Origin: Octopus vulgaris
Taxonomy: Eukaryota
Direction of reading: 5' to 3'
Assembly: GCA_951406725.2 (NCBI GenBank)
Contig: OX597831.1
Coordinates: 4,030,001 to 4,094,000, forward strand
DNA length: 64,000 bases
The notes under the pieces are model-generated. The model searched no databases. It was not told the origin of the DNA and was given only the letters and a program-made list of their open reading frames with translations. Of this stretch, positions 24,053-39,621 are shown in pieces (position 1 is the first letter of the stretch; the number at the start of each line of letters is the position of its first letter). The translations under genes and the position numbers were made by a program.

Positions 24053-25683
24053 CATACATACATGCATACATACATACATACATACATACATACATACATA
24101 CATACATACATACATACATACATGTTGTTTTGTGTGAAGAAGCGATGACTTTCGAGGTAGGTGTGTGTAAAAACGCTGTTTTTGTATGAATTTTTGATGA
24201 AACGTTCATAACCGTTTGACAGCTAAGTTCAACAACAATGAACGGATTTTGTGGAGCCTGTTAGCGTTTGCATTTGCCGCATGGGAATATATCGCTCTAT
24301 GCCATTGCTTTGAAATGTGTGAATGTACTCAATATCAATAGTATTCTTAATAACAAGAACAGTTGTTATTATTGTTTGAACGCAACCAGCTCTCATTAAG
24401 CAGACCTATTATTAGAGGCATTTGGTACACGACTATTTCGTCTCTTTGAATATCCTCGACTAGTTTATTTAAATGTGTCTTCATCTTTTTAAGTGTAAAT
24501 TTATAGAGAATTGGTTGGCAATTTTGCAGGTTGACTGAATGCGTAAAAGGCCCCACGCTGGTTTCCATAGTAGTTTTTTTTTTTTTAAGTGTGGCATCGT
24601 ATTGGCCTCTCAGATAAATTCAAGAAATTATATCACACATTGGTATTTCTTACAGTTTATAATCCATAACATACACCCATTAGACCTTATTGGAAAAAAT
24701 GACACTAGTTGCTGTGTCAGAATATACAGTAACACATAGAGACGGCCTCGGGGAATACGTAATTTCCTAGATGTGCTTTCAAGTACAAAAGCGAGTGGGT
24801 GGGGGTTGCAGGGGCCTGGCGTAGATTTGGTGAGTCCCTAGCTTGAAATAAAAAGCCTAGTAGGTACCAGCACGAAGATTAAGAATCTCAGCAATCACGA
24901 GTGAAAAATAGACTCTTACGTTTTTTTTTTCTTGCTGTGATTAAACCATTCTGTCACTAGGTTTCTGTAGCGTTTCCTATTAAAGTTCTTTTCCGGACAG
25001 AGAGGTTAGGGGCATTACGCCAATCTTTGTATTCTGAGTTCAAATCCCGCTGAGGCCGACTTTGACTGAGATCGACTTTCACTGTCGATAAAGTAAACGT
25101 CAGTTGAGCACTGACGTTGACGTAATCGACTGGCATCTTACCCCCACAGAAGTCCAGGCTTGGCCCCCACGGTACAAAGGAATCGTTACAAGATGTTCGG
25201 ATCTTCACCTACAATCTTTTCGGTTGTTTTCCATCCGCCTGTTTAGCATCTTACACCATTGTTTGACAAGCGCATTCTTCGATCGTAGTCCTATAGCTGG
25301 CATATTAGGCTCACGGTCATAAGACCGTGGGTTCGATCCCTGGACCCTAAACCGGTCATCACGTTGTCACTGGGTAATGTACATCATTTCCAGCCTACTC
25401 AATTGAAAATGTGCTCCGCTTGGAACACATTTTATACATGTTTATGCAAGCAACCGTCCAGCAGCGGTTTGTTTCTCTGCGTAAATTAATTTTCAGTAAC
25501 AAGATATGGCTGTGCTATGTCATCTCAGCTTGATATATGTATTTCACTCTAGGATATAAGCTTAGTGGAATTCTGGAAGTCGTCGGCAGTTAATACATAC
25601 AGACACACACAGACACACACGCTCTCTTTCTCTCTCTCTTATATATATTTAAGTGCATATATATGTAAATATATATGTAAAAA

Positions 25684-25899
25684 GGCGGCGAGCTGGTAGA
25701 AACGTTTGCACGCCGGGCGAAATTCGTCTGTCGTTACGTTCCGAGTTCAAATTCCGCCGAGGTCGACTTTGCCTTTCATCCTTTCGGGGTCGATAAATTA
25801 AGTACCAGTTACGCACTGGGGTCGATGTAGTCGACGTAATCCCTTTGTCTGTCCTTGTTTGTCCCCTCTGTGTTTAGCCCCTTGTGGGTAGTAAAGAAA
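25684..25899 (+). mobile_element. SINE family B
   Basis: Matches 699-928. Flanked by atatatatgtaaa repeats. Confidence 0.9.
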
Positions 25900-25929
25900 T
25901 ATATATGTAAATATATATACATGCATTCA

Positions 25930-26047
<118 letters not shown>

Positions 26048-26072
26048 CCTACCTACATACCTACCTACCTAC

Positions 26073-26199
<127 letters not shown>

Positions 26200-26253
26200 C
26201 CTACCTATCTATCTATCTATCTGTTTGTCCGTCTATCTGTCTATCTATCTATA

Positions 26254-26293
<40 letters not shown>

Positions 26294-26796
26294 GTATTAT
26301 CTATAATAATAAAAGCAAAACTCTGTCTCTGTATCTCAGTCTACATTTGGTCTACATAGACATATTATACATTTTTGGAATCAGGATAATCCTGCGATTG
26401 AAAATCTGTCCTTCACTTGGTTCTTGAACATGGGGATCTGATTTAAAAGCATTGGGGTTACTATTTCTAGCGGGTAAAGCTTGACTAATTCTAGGTTGGC
26501 GCATGTCAGAGATCAAAGATGAGATAGAATTACATTCCCTTTGTCAATTTTACGTTGAGATAAGAACTTTGGGACCAATTGGCCAACAGTTGTAATTCAA
26601 CTTGGGACTGGAACAATAGAATGATTGCATTACGGAATTAATTCTCATCCGTCCTTAACCTCTGGTCAAACACCATCGGGGTATATAGTCATTATAAACG
26701 TATTATAGTTATGCTATTTAGTTCTCTTTAGTTTGGGGCCACACGCCCACTTACTCCAATTAGCATGGAGTGCGGCTTTTAAGCTAGTATATAATA

Positions 26797-27195
26797 CTAG
26801 CAGTATCGCCCGGCGTTGCTCGGGTTTGTAAGGGAAATAACTATATAAGCATTTTTAGAGATGTAAAGTATAATAGCCATCTCAATATGGCTAACCACAA
26901 AGGGGGGGGGGTGTTACTGTAGCTTTTTACGTTCTGAGATTTAATAATAATTTTTTAGAGAGTTACTTCCCTTATATATGCAAAAAATGCATTAAAAATG
27001 AGAAAAATTGATGGTGAATTTTTTTTTTAATCGTAGACTCATCGTAGACGCGCGCTAATACCCAGAAGGGCTCGATATGAATCACGACTATAAGATACCC
27101 GGTTTTGGTTAAACTGCACCGCAAAATGTGGGAGTAGTTAGGAATCTATATCGTAGGAGACAGACAGCACACAACCTTACTTTTATATATAACGA
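26797..27195 (-). mobile_element. Non-autonomous Helitron
   Basis: Minus strand A|TC..tatatataaaag ... cccgagcaacgccggg hairpin ... CTAG|T, with no TSD. Confidence 0.85.
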
Positions 27196-27372
27196 TATAC
27201 ATTGTATGATATTAATATATATCTGCAAATGTTTCGTTATATATCAATGCATATATAAATATACATGTATAACGGATTTGGAATCCGAGCAGGTATCTTC
27301 TTGGCACTTCTCATATACTCCAGACCTCGCTAAACACATGGAATGATAGGAAACATATAGAATTGTTTTAAA

Positions 27373-27885
27373 CTAGCAGTATCGCCCGGCGTTGCTCGGG
27401 TTTGTAAGGGAAATAACTATATAAGCATTTTTAGAGAGTTACTTCCCTTATAGATGCCAATTCGGGCTTTCTTAGCCATTTCTGTTTTGGTGTCTTCAAG
27501 CCATGAAGTCGTTGTTCTAAAAGAACGCTGGTCTCCTTGACAACGCTTTACGACGTTGATTTCCTTACACTCCCTTCCCCACAGCTTCAAGAGGGAGGGA
27601 AGAAGGGGGAGAAGCAAACAGGTGCAGGTGTGACCATGGACGCCAACTCCGCCGCCATCGACACACGACAAATTATGCATCAAAATGGAATAAAAAATGA
27701 TGTTAAATTATTTTAAAAATCGTAGACTCATCGTAGATACGCGCTAATACGCAGACGGGCTCGATATGAATCACGACTATAAGATACCCGAATTTGGTTA
27801 AACTGCACCGCAAAAATGTGGGAGTAGTTAGGAATCTAAATCGTAGGAGACAGACAGCACACGACCTCACTTTTATATATAAAGA
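27373..27885 (-). mobile_element. Non-autonomous Helitron (same ends, different interior)
   Basis: A|TCtttatatataaaag ... cccgagcaacgccgggcgatactgCTAG|T. Confidence 0.85.
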
Positions 27886-28342
27886 TATACATTGCATGAT
27901 ATTAATATATATATCTGCAAATGTTTCGTTATATATCAATGCATATATAAATATACATGTATAACGGATTTGGAATCCGAGCAGGTATCTTCTTGGCACT
28001 TCTCATATACTCCCAGACCTCGCTAAACACATGGAATGATAGGAAACATATAGAATTGTTTTAAATAAGCAACTAAACGGTGTTTCACACGTTTAGTAAA
28101 TCCTGTGCTTGCTTCATTAGATTTCAAAATTTCATGAAAATAACACTTATAAGGAAATTTTGAAGATGTATAGTTCTCCATTCTTCTTTATGGTGTCTTA
28201 GAGTTATACGCATCTATTCATGCTTGAATATGTCTTGTCTTATATGTAGAAAAATGTATGTAAACGCATAGATATATTTAGATATCCATGTGTACAGATA
28301 TGCATACATATATGTGTATTCTTTTCTTCTTTTCTTCTTTTA

Positions 28343-29172
28343 TTCTTTTACTTGTTTCAGTCATTTGACTGCAGCCATGCTGGAGCACCGCCTTTTAGTC
28401 GAGCACATCGATCACAGGACTTAGTCTTTGTAAGCCTAGTACTTATTCTATCGGTCTCCTTTGCCGAACTGCTAAGTTACGGGGATGCAGACACAGCAGC
28501 ATCGGTTGTCAAGCGATGTTGGGAGGAGAAACACAGATACACAAACATACACACGCATATACATACATACATACATACATACATACATACATACATACAT
28601 ACATACATACATACATACATACATACTTACATACATTACATATATCTCTCTATATATAAACGGCAGTTTGTCTGTGTGTGTTTCTGTGTGTCTGTCAGGT
28701 TGTACCCTCACCCTGACCACGGCTTTCAACCGATTCTGATGAAACTTGACACACACATAGCCCAATGTCATAATTCAAAACTAACGCAGCGAAAATTTTG
28801 AAAAGTTCCCCCAGTTCTGAAAAAAATCGATAAATTCGACATGGGGTCGAGAATCAGAAACACAAACCACAGACTGTCTAGGGGACGCAACTCGACCTTT
28901 TTTTAACTAAAAAAAAAATTTACCATAATTTTTTCCATTTTTTTGCTATTTTTTGGCTATAACTCTCTAAAAATGCTTTATACATACATTCATAAATACA
29001 TACATACATACATACATATACGACGGGCTACTTTCAGCTTCCGTCAACCAAATCCACTCAAGGTTTTGGTTGGTCCAAGGCTATAGTAGAAGACACTTGG
29101 CCAAGGTGTCACGCAGTGGGGCTGAACCCGAAACAACGTGGTTTGGAAGCAAGCTACTTACCCCACAGCCAC
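28343..29172 (-). mobile_element. SINE family A containing a 3'-truncated Helitron (28645-28982, plus strand)
   Basis: Family A halves flank a segment nearly identical to 39621-39955. Confidence 0.85.
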
Positions 29173-29250
29173 ATATATATGTGTACATATATATATGTTT
29201 ATATATATATATATATGTTTATATATATATATATGTTTATATATATATGT

Positions 29251-29284
<34 letters not shown>

Positions 29285-29326
29285 ACATGTATATATGTAT
29301 ATATATATATATTTATATACATATAT

Positions 29327-29362
<36 letters not shown>

Positions 29363-29447
29363 GAATATATACATATGTATGTATGTATGTATATATGTAT
29401 ATACATACATATATGTATATATATATATGAATATATACATATGTATG

Positions 29448-29486
<39 letters not shown>

Positions 29487-29510
29487 CATATATACATACA
29501 TATGTATATA

Positions 29511-29558
<48 letters not shown>

Positions 29559-30034
29559 TATATACATATGTATGTACGTACATAATTATACGTATACACG
29601 CGTGCACACACACGCAAGCGCAATATATATACATATATATATATTGCATTGTAGGACATTTTCTGATTTTGTGTTCGTAATTAAGAACTGTGTAATTGCT
29701 AGCTAAACGCTTTCGCTAGCGTCCTATTGCGAGCCCATGATTGCAAAAACAGGTTTTAACTCGCAGATGCACAATTTAATTGCAAACTGCCATTGTATTT
29801 AAATGTCACGAAATATATTTTAGACCTAACTTCGTCTACGCTCTCATCTCTATCGCGTGATTCATGACATGTCAAACGTAAGTTCTTTATTTTCCTCCTA
29901 CATAGACACACGCATGAACCCAACACACATACAGTCACATATACACAAATAGACAGACACACAGACAAACATACACATAAACGCGCGCGTTCGTGCGCAC
30001 GTACATATGTATGTATATGAAATGTACATGTATC

Positions 30035-30085
<51 letters not shown>

Positions 30086-30288
30086 CTTACACATGCATGT
30101 GTGTATACATACATACATATATATATATGTATATTATATATATATAAATACGTACATACATGCATATATATGTACTATATACATATATATATGTGTGTGT
30201 GTCTGTGTGTGTCTCTGTGTGTGTGTACGTATGTGTACGCCCATACATGCATAAACACACATATATATATAAATATTTATCTACCTAC

Positions 30289-30331
<43 letters not shown>

Positions 30332-30349
30332 CATATATGTGTGTATGTG

Positions 30350-30382
<33 letters not shown>

Positions 30383-30554
30383 TTGTGTGTATTTGTAGAT
30401 GTGTTTATCTATTTGGTTGGTTGCTAGTCACATTGTTTCGCGTTCGGTCCCACTACGTGGTACCTTGTCTTCTGCAATATCTTCTGGCCGACCAAAGCCT
30501 TGCGAGTGGATTTTTTTAATACAGAACTGGATGTAGCCGGTCGTATACATATAT

Positions 30555-30630
<76 letters not shown>

Positions 30631-31954
30631 GTGTGTGTAGTCACTAAAGTAATACAGGGTGCTATTCAGTACCAACCTTGCTAGAAATACGTATACCATC
30701 CTCAGTCACTTTAGTAACGACTATACTTGTTGCCTTTCGGTTGTAAATTACGAATAGCCATCTTTATAATTTCTACATACATACATATATATATATGCAT
30801 ATATACATACACATATATATATACATATATATTTATACATATATATGTGCACACACACTCTGTTGTAATATTATCCAATACCCTACAGCTTTTTCACTTT
30901 ACTGCATCTCCCAGCCGTAAACAGAGTCGTAATAAGTGACACAAATCTTAACTCTTCATTAAATATTTTACTCACTTGTATTGTATTGAGTGCTTACATT
31001 TTTTGTCATGTTTATAAACTCTAAGCACAGGCACATATATCAATGTATATGTGTATGTGTATGCGAATGTATATATGTAAACACACACACACATATATAT
31101 ATATGAATATATACGTCAGTTTGTATGTGTGTATGTATGTATGTTTGTTTGTATGTATGTATGTACGAAGTGGGTGTGCGGATATATATAAGTAAATAAT
31201 TTTCAGACAAATCTAGGATTATGCTAAGTATGTAATATTTGTATTTATAATAAAATTTGAATGTAAATGCAAGTACACATGTCTTGTACAGCACGAAAAT
31301 CGCTCTTTGATTCCGTGTCTTCAAAATTAGTATTTTTTTTTTATTATTCATGACTGATTTAAAAATTACATATACACACACGTCACGCTCCAGATATATA
31401 TACGCACATCCAGACACATATGCATGTATGTTGTCTTGTATTTTTAATCAGTTGAAATCTTACTTTGCGGAAATAGCTGGTTTCTGACAAAGGTACGAAG
31501 AGCTCTGTCGTTCGAATATTGATAACAAAAGCAATTTCACACTTGAAACTTTAGAAAAGTCTTGCATATTTTTACTTTTCCATTTACAGATTGTAACTGT
31601 AATGTGTGAAATAGTTGGCTGATTTATTTTTCTGAAAACCCTTGCTTATCCAGATTGTCACGTGGGTATTTCTATGTATGTATGTGCGTATGTATGTATG
31701 TATGCATGTATGTATGTATGTATGTATGTATGTATGTATGTATGTATGTATGTATGTATGTATGTATGTATGCATGTATGTATGTATGTATGTATGTATG
31801 TATGTATGTATGTATGTATGTATGTATGTATTTATGTATGTATGTATGTATGTATGTATGTATATATGTATGTATCTATGTACGTACGTACGTATGTATT
31901 TATGTATGTATGTATGTACGTACGTACGTATGTATGTATGTATGTATGTATGTA

Positions 31955-31985
<31 letters not shown>

Positions 31986-32344
31986 ATGTATGTATGTATG
32001 TATGTATGTATGTATGTATGTATGTGTGGAGGTGCGTGGTTTAGTGCTTGGGGGTCAGCATCATGATCGTAAGATTGTGGTTTCGATTCCTGAACGGGGC
32101 GACGCGTTGCGTTCTTGAGAAAAACACTTCATTTCACATTGCTCCAGTCCACTCAGCTGGCAAAAATGAGTTACGCTGCGATGGACTGGCTATGCTTTAA
32201 AAGGGCGCATTTTTTATGTATATATGTATGTATGTATTATGTATGTATGTATGTTTGTATGTATGTATGTATGTATGTATGTATGTATGTATGTATGTAT
32301 GTATGTATGAATACATGCATGTATGTATATATGCATGTATGTAT

Positions 32345-33350
32345 GTTATTATTCAGTTTATTTGAAGATTTCTTGCCAAAAGAGAATGAACCGTTTTCTA
32401 ACCTAGATCCAATTTGGATCTCATTGGAATTTCAACATCAGAACAGGGTATTTTTGTTTGTATGTATGTATGTATGTATGTATGTATGTATGTATGTATG
32501 TATGTATGTATGTATGTATGTATGTATGTATGCATGCATGTATGTATGTATGTATGTATGTATGTATGTATGTATGTATGTATGTATGTATGTATGTATG
32601 TATGTATGTATGTGCAGATTTATATGTTTTTAGTATGTATTTTTATGCATATAGTTACATACCTAGACATGCTCATATATATTATGATCATGTACTCTCT
32701 TCTCAGTCGCTTTAAACATACTCTTCGCCACCCAAAGTGTTAACATCCGTTTTCTATTGCCCCTTCTTTTAGGCTCACTTTCTAAACAGCACTGTATCCC
32801 TATCCAGTTTTCTTCGCTGGTCCACTTCCTCCTTCTTGCTCTATTAACTGCTGATACTACTGTAATAGGATGACAGCTGTGGTCCGTCTGCATCTTTACT
32901 GATCCACTGCCGAGCGAGAGGTCTTCCCTTAATGGTCCAGCTTCATTTTTGTTGTTACAACCAGAGCTTTTCGGAAACTCCTGTCTCTCATAAACTGAGG
33001 TAAGGTAACGTTCATCACCATCGTCATCACCAGTATTATTTCTCGATATCTGAAAGTTTCAAGCAATTTTCTATTGCATCATTTGTTGCACTTTGTGCTG
33101 ATGGGGTCGTGTGTGCTGCATTTTCTTTTGGCGGGAGCGATATTGTATTGTATTAGTACGTTTTGTAATGGGGTCTTGTTTGAGTCTTCGGTTGTACTAG
33201 TTTTTATTTTTTCTGTTGTTTGTGTAGCGTAAGTTGTGTTCTTCTGTCGGGTATCGGCCTTCTATGGTACATGTTGTGGGTTTTGATCCTATTGTTGGGT
33301 ACTTACAGAATGAGTTTATTCCTTCATGATTTTGGAAGGGTGTTGCACAG
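32345..33350 (-). mobile_element. R4/Dong-like LINE N-terminal fragment fused to the (TACA)n-type 3' UTR
   Basis: RRKWTSEENWIGIQCCLESEPKRRGNRKRMLTLWVAKSMFKATEKR (32690-32840) resembles the R4/Dong N-terminal domain. 32345-32680 is the reverse complement of the UTR at 23095-24052. Confidence 0.7.
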
Positions 33351-33453
33351 TAGTGTGTGTGTGTGTGTATGTAACTCCTAAACCAAATATTTTATAGTAT
33401 TTATGATTATCAGTCCACCGTTCTTTTGCTTGGTTTTGTTATGGGTCCCGTTA

Positions 33454-33500
<47 letters not shown>

Positions 33501-33549
33501 CATCATCGTCGTCGTCGCCGTCGCCGTCATCCTCCTCCTCCTCCTCCTC

Positions 33550-33584
<35 letters not shown>

Positions 33585-33589
33585 CATCA

Positions 33590-34010
33590 TCTCTTTCATT
33601 ATCATCTTCCTTCAGTTCTGTTTCCTTTTCTTGCCGAGTGCCTTCATGACACCCATGACAGAGACACTCACTGTATACATTCGTAAGCCATTAGAATAAT
33701 CACACCAGTCTGTTCATTTACAAATTCATGTAACAGAAAAAAAAGGGCGAAGAAAGACAGATAGAATAAGAAAAAACATAAAAATAAACAAAGTAAAGAA
33801 AAGGTAAAAAAGGAAAGAAAATTCACAGCGGCAATACTCTTCTTCCCAATACGTGTGACGTACCAGTTAATACAATTTTTTGCGCTTCCTGCATGAATGG
33901 TGATCCAGGAATCATTCTCAAATAATTTTCAGTTCCTTTACTGATCATTTCAAGTGCTCGTACAATCACTGGTATTGTAACCGTCTTGAGACGCCATCTT
34001 TGCTTCAACT
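33590..34010 (-). mobile_element. R4/Dong-like LINE 3' end (RLE C-terminus plus UTR) ending in (TAA)n
   Basis: WRLKTVTIPVIVRALEMISKGTENYLRMIPGSPFMQEAQKIVLTGTSHVL, followed on the minus strand by TAA/GAT repeats (33455-33590), the known Dong target. Confidence 0.8.
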
Positions 34011-34353
34011 ACTGTGTGATAATATCAAATGTTGTTTAGTTTTGACTTTTGTCTTGTGCTTGAGGTAATCATAAATATATGAGGGTTGGAGGAAATGGTA
34101 GGAGAAAGACAAGCATCTTGGCGAATAGACCAAATTTCACAGGTCTGTAAATAGGGTCGACAGCCTGTGAAAGGGAGATCAACAAATGGGGCTTCGCAAT
34201 CCTGTACGATCGGGGACAAGTGAAACGTCACACTTCTGCGGCCAGCAGATGTCAAATGTGTTTACTACTACTAGCAATCGATGAGAGGGCTGACCTTGGC
34301 TTTGGAAAGAACCAATTCACCTTGTTCTGTTTTTAATTACCGACAGAAAATGA

Positions 34354-34391
<38 letters not shown>

Positions 34392-34552
34392 TGGCGTTTA
34401 CATCATCGATTGGGGGCTGCGAAGGGGATTTTATAGGTTTTGCAGTGGTTTATAGTTTTCGTAATTGTGCAGTTTGTATATATTGGTAGGTGCTTATCTC
34501 CTTAATTTTTATCGTGCGTTTAATTGTTGCAATAAAAGGCATGTTTACATAT

Positions 34553-34930
34553 TCAAGTAGTCAAGGAGAAAAGAAGGGTAAAATTCTTACAGAAAATTGT
34601 ATATAACAATGTTTTAAAAATTTCTAAAGTTGATCGTTTGTACGTTCGAACAAAGAAAACTGTAGTGTTCTTGCAATAAAAGGTTGTTACGTTTACTATT
34701 TTTGAAAATTCAGGGAGAAGGAAAAAGAAAGAGAAGACGTGTAAAGTTTTCACAGAAAAGTGTAGAAAATTGTAGATATTAAAGTCTTAAAGTTTTCTAA
34801 AGATGATCGTTTGTATGTCCGGACAGAGAAAACTGTAGTGTTCTTACAATAAAAAGTATGTTTACATTTTCGAATATTCAAGGAGAAAGGAAAGGATAGG
34901 TATTCACTGAAGTTGTAAATATTAAAGTTT
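34553..34930. repeat. Diverged tandem repeat, ~150-170-bp period, ~2.3 copies
   Basis: tca(a/g)ggagaa recurs at ~34561, ~34710 and ~34878. tttctaaag.tgatcgtttgta..gaaaactgtagtgttctt.caataaaa occurs twice. Confidence 0.75.
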
Positions 34931-35024
34931 TATATTATTGTAATTATAATTTTTATAACTTTTACAATTTATCATAATAATAATAATAATAATAATAATT
35001 ATTATTATTATTATTATTGTTATT

Positions 35025-35212
35025 ATAGGCGCAGGAGTGGCTGTGTGGTAAGTACCTTGTTTACCAACCACATGATTCTGGGTTCAGTCCCACTGCGTGG
35101 CACCTTGTGCAAGTGTCTTCTACTATAGCCTCGGGTCGACCAAAGCCTTGTGAGTGGATTTGGTAGACAGAAACAGAAAGAAGCCCGTCGTATATATGTG
35201 TGTGTGTATGTG

Positions 35213-35249
<37 letters not shown>

Positions 35250-35475
35250 ATGTGTGTGTGTGTGTGTGCGTGTGTGTTTGTGTGTCTGCGTTTGTCCCCC
35301 TAGCATTGCTTGACAACCGATGCTGGTGTGTTTATGTCCTCGTTACTTATCGGTTCGGCAAAAGAGACCGATAGAATAAGTACTGGGCTTACAAAGAATA
35401 AGTTCCGGGGTCGATTTGCTCGACTAAAGGCGGTGCTCCAGCATGGCCACAGTCAAATGACTGAAACAAGTAAAG
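35025..35475 (+). mobile_element. Full-length SINE family A
   Basis: ataggcgcaggagtggc head through the tgactgaaacaagtaaa tail. Confidence 0.9.
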
Positions 35476-36025
35476 AGAGAGAGCAGTGCATGCCATCAAA
35501 GTGACACTGGACTAAAATATACAAAGCCCAATATACCCATCATGGCTACTCGTCTGATAAGGGTACACCAAGCACATGCATCACAACCATATGTGCGCGA
35601 CATAGTAATTCCATATCAAGATAAACGGTGCATGACCTTGCAGGCGGGGCCCAGTTAGAATTTTCTTCAGGTCGAGTAGCCCATCCCGCTCAAAAGGTCC
35701 CTGAATAAGGGTTGTTTAAGGATGTTGAAAGAACCACCCATGTTTCCAGAGGTGAACTATTCAAACCCCAAAGAATCCCTCTCAACACGTGGCTATGATG
35801 CTCCCCCACTTCTTCTGCTCGTGATCAGAGATGCACATATCGTCAGCCACTAAGGGACATGCTCAACTGGTTACGGTCAAGCAAGTGACAAACAAATTCG
35901 TGGTTTTGAGCAGAATATTTACTGTAGTCCATCTTTTATACCAAGACAAAACAATGTACATGATAACACTTCCAATCAGTTAAGATGAGAAGCCATGAGA
36001 GCCACTGCCTGGTACTGCATCAGAG

Positions 36026-36028
<3 letters not shown>
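35476..36028. mobile_element. ~550-bp non-coding interspersed repeat (second copy at 48964-49530)
   Basis: Two colinear copies, each abutting trinucleotide microsatellites. Confidence 0.8.
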
Positions 36029-37975
<1,947 letters not shown>

Positions 37976-38418
37976 ACACTGTATAAATTTGTTAAATTTG
38001 CATGTTGACCCTGTTCTAGTATTCAGACTTGTTTCATTATAGGTTATACAACTGCAAGCAGCAACCGAAATAAACTTGAGCGAAATTCAATGCAAAAATA
38101 GAAACAAAACGAACGAACGAACGAACCACCACCACCACAACAACAACAAGAACAAGAACAAGAACAACAACAACAACAACAACAACAGTTGGAGCAGCAA
38201 GAGTAAACAAAGCTTAATCAAGGAAGGGCACACCTTAATAATACGACTTGCAAAGGAAGAATTAAAGTAGAAGGAAGATACAAGAAGCTATCGGAAGTAT
38301 GGCAGAGTGTAATTATGATTATTATAGACAACAGGTTTTAATTGTAATCATAGTAATTTATATGCATATTAATGTAATCATGCACTGCCGTGTCTGAACA
38401 AGTAAATATCTGTATGTT

Positions 38419-38463
<45 letters not shown>

Positions 38464-38465
<2 letters not shown>

Positions 38466-38672
38466 CCATGTTGACTCGCTAGCTTCTGCGCGCATTTTTT
38501 TTCTCTCCTTGTTTCTCTCCGTGTTTCTTTTCTGTGTATCTTTCTGTTGAAGAGCGTAGGCTCGAAACGTAAAAGACTTGTTTTATTTATATTCCTGAGC
38601 GCCATACTAATACAATTGTTTGTTTGTATTCCACCTGCCTTCGTCTTTTGTTTATTTTCATAAAGCTTCCCG
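38464..38672 (+). mobile_element. PLE-terminus-like ~200-bp repeat in (TA)n with minimal HHR (38539-38576, A6U core)
   Basis: tcttt CTGTTGA a gagc gtag gctc GAAA cg TA aaaga. Flanked on both sides by (TA)n. Confidence 0.75.
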
Positions 38673-38708
<36 letters not shown>

Positions 38709-38879
38709 CAGACTCTCCCGTCGAAGATGACGTATGAGTATTCAATGAGAAGACAGAAGCAAATCCAACAAAATAAACAATTAAAAGAACACTCACATTA
38801 CTATTACTATTACTATTACTCACCAATGTTTACAATTCATTCACTTCAGCTGGTGTCTTCTCATGTGAGGAGTCACCAG

Positions 38880-39280
38880 AAGCGTCTAAATCTTCACCCT
38901 GTCACGTCACCCAACCTTGCTTAAGATATCTCATTCGAAAGCTATTTGAACTAACTGATATGTCTTGTATAAGGTGCCCTGGTCTCTGCTCCATATAAAT
39001 GAGTTCTAAAGCCAACTGACTTATACGCATCTATTTTCTTCCTTACTGAGACATCATGGGCATTCCAGAGTCGATCATACAGTTTCTCAAAAGCTATGCT
39101 AGCTTTTTAAATACGAGTCTGGACTTTCTTACCGTGTTAAGCATCGCTTGTTACTGTAGAACCCAAATATGTGAAAGCATCAGTAGTTTTCAGAGCTTTG
39201 CCTTCAACAAACATTCTGAGCAACATTTCTAGACTGTTACCAGGAACGTGACTGATACAACGGCTCAGTCTTTTTTATGA
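38880..39280 (-). pseudogene. RTE-clade LINE RT C-terminal fragment
   Basis: Minus strand VEGKALKTTDAFTYLGSTVTSDA*..VQTRI*KASIAFEKLYDRLW..LYGAET..YTRHI matches the RTE/BovB pattern FTYLGS..RI.KAS.AFG.L..LLYG.ETW. Confidence 0.8.
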
Positions 39281-39324
39281 TGTCTTTTTTAAATAACGAT
39301 CTCATCCTTATGTATATATAAATT

Positions 39325-39369
<45 letters not shown>

Positions 39370-39590
39370 ATTTATGTATGTACTTGTACGCCTGTGTTTG
39401 TCCCGCGACAACCAATGATGGTGCGTTTACGTCCTAGTAACATAGCAGTTCGGCAAAAGGGACCGATAGAATAAGTACTAGGCTTACAAAGAATAGGTCC
39501 TGTGATCGATTTGCTCGACTAAAGGCGGTGCTCCAGCATGGCCACCGTCAAATGACTGAAACAAGTAAAAAGAGAGAATGTATGTGTGTG

Positions 39591-39620
<30 letters not shown>

Positions 39621-39621
<1 letters not shown>

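Noticed and set aside
23052-24123. Long ORFs (240-320 aa) of MYVC/HTYI repeats, also at 31642-32743 and 42924-44068
   Set aside because: They are translations of (TACA)n, which is stop-free in all frames. No coding signal.
34195-34240. Hammerhead-like CTGTACGA..GAAA cg TC
   Set aside because: Neither stem I nor stem II pairs.
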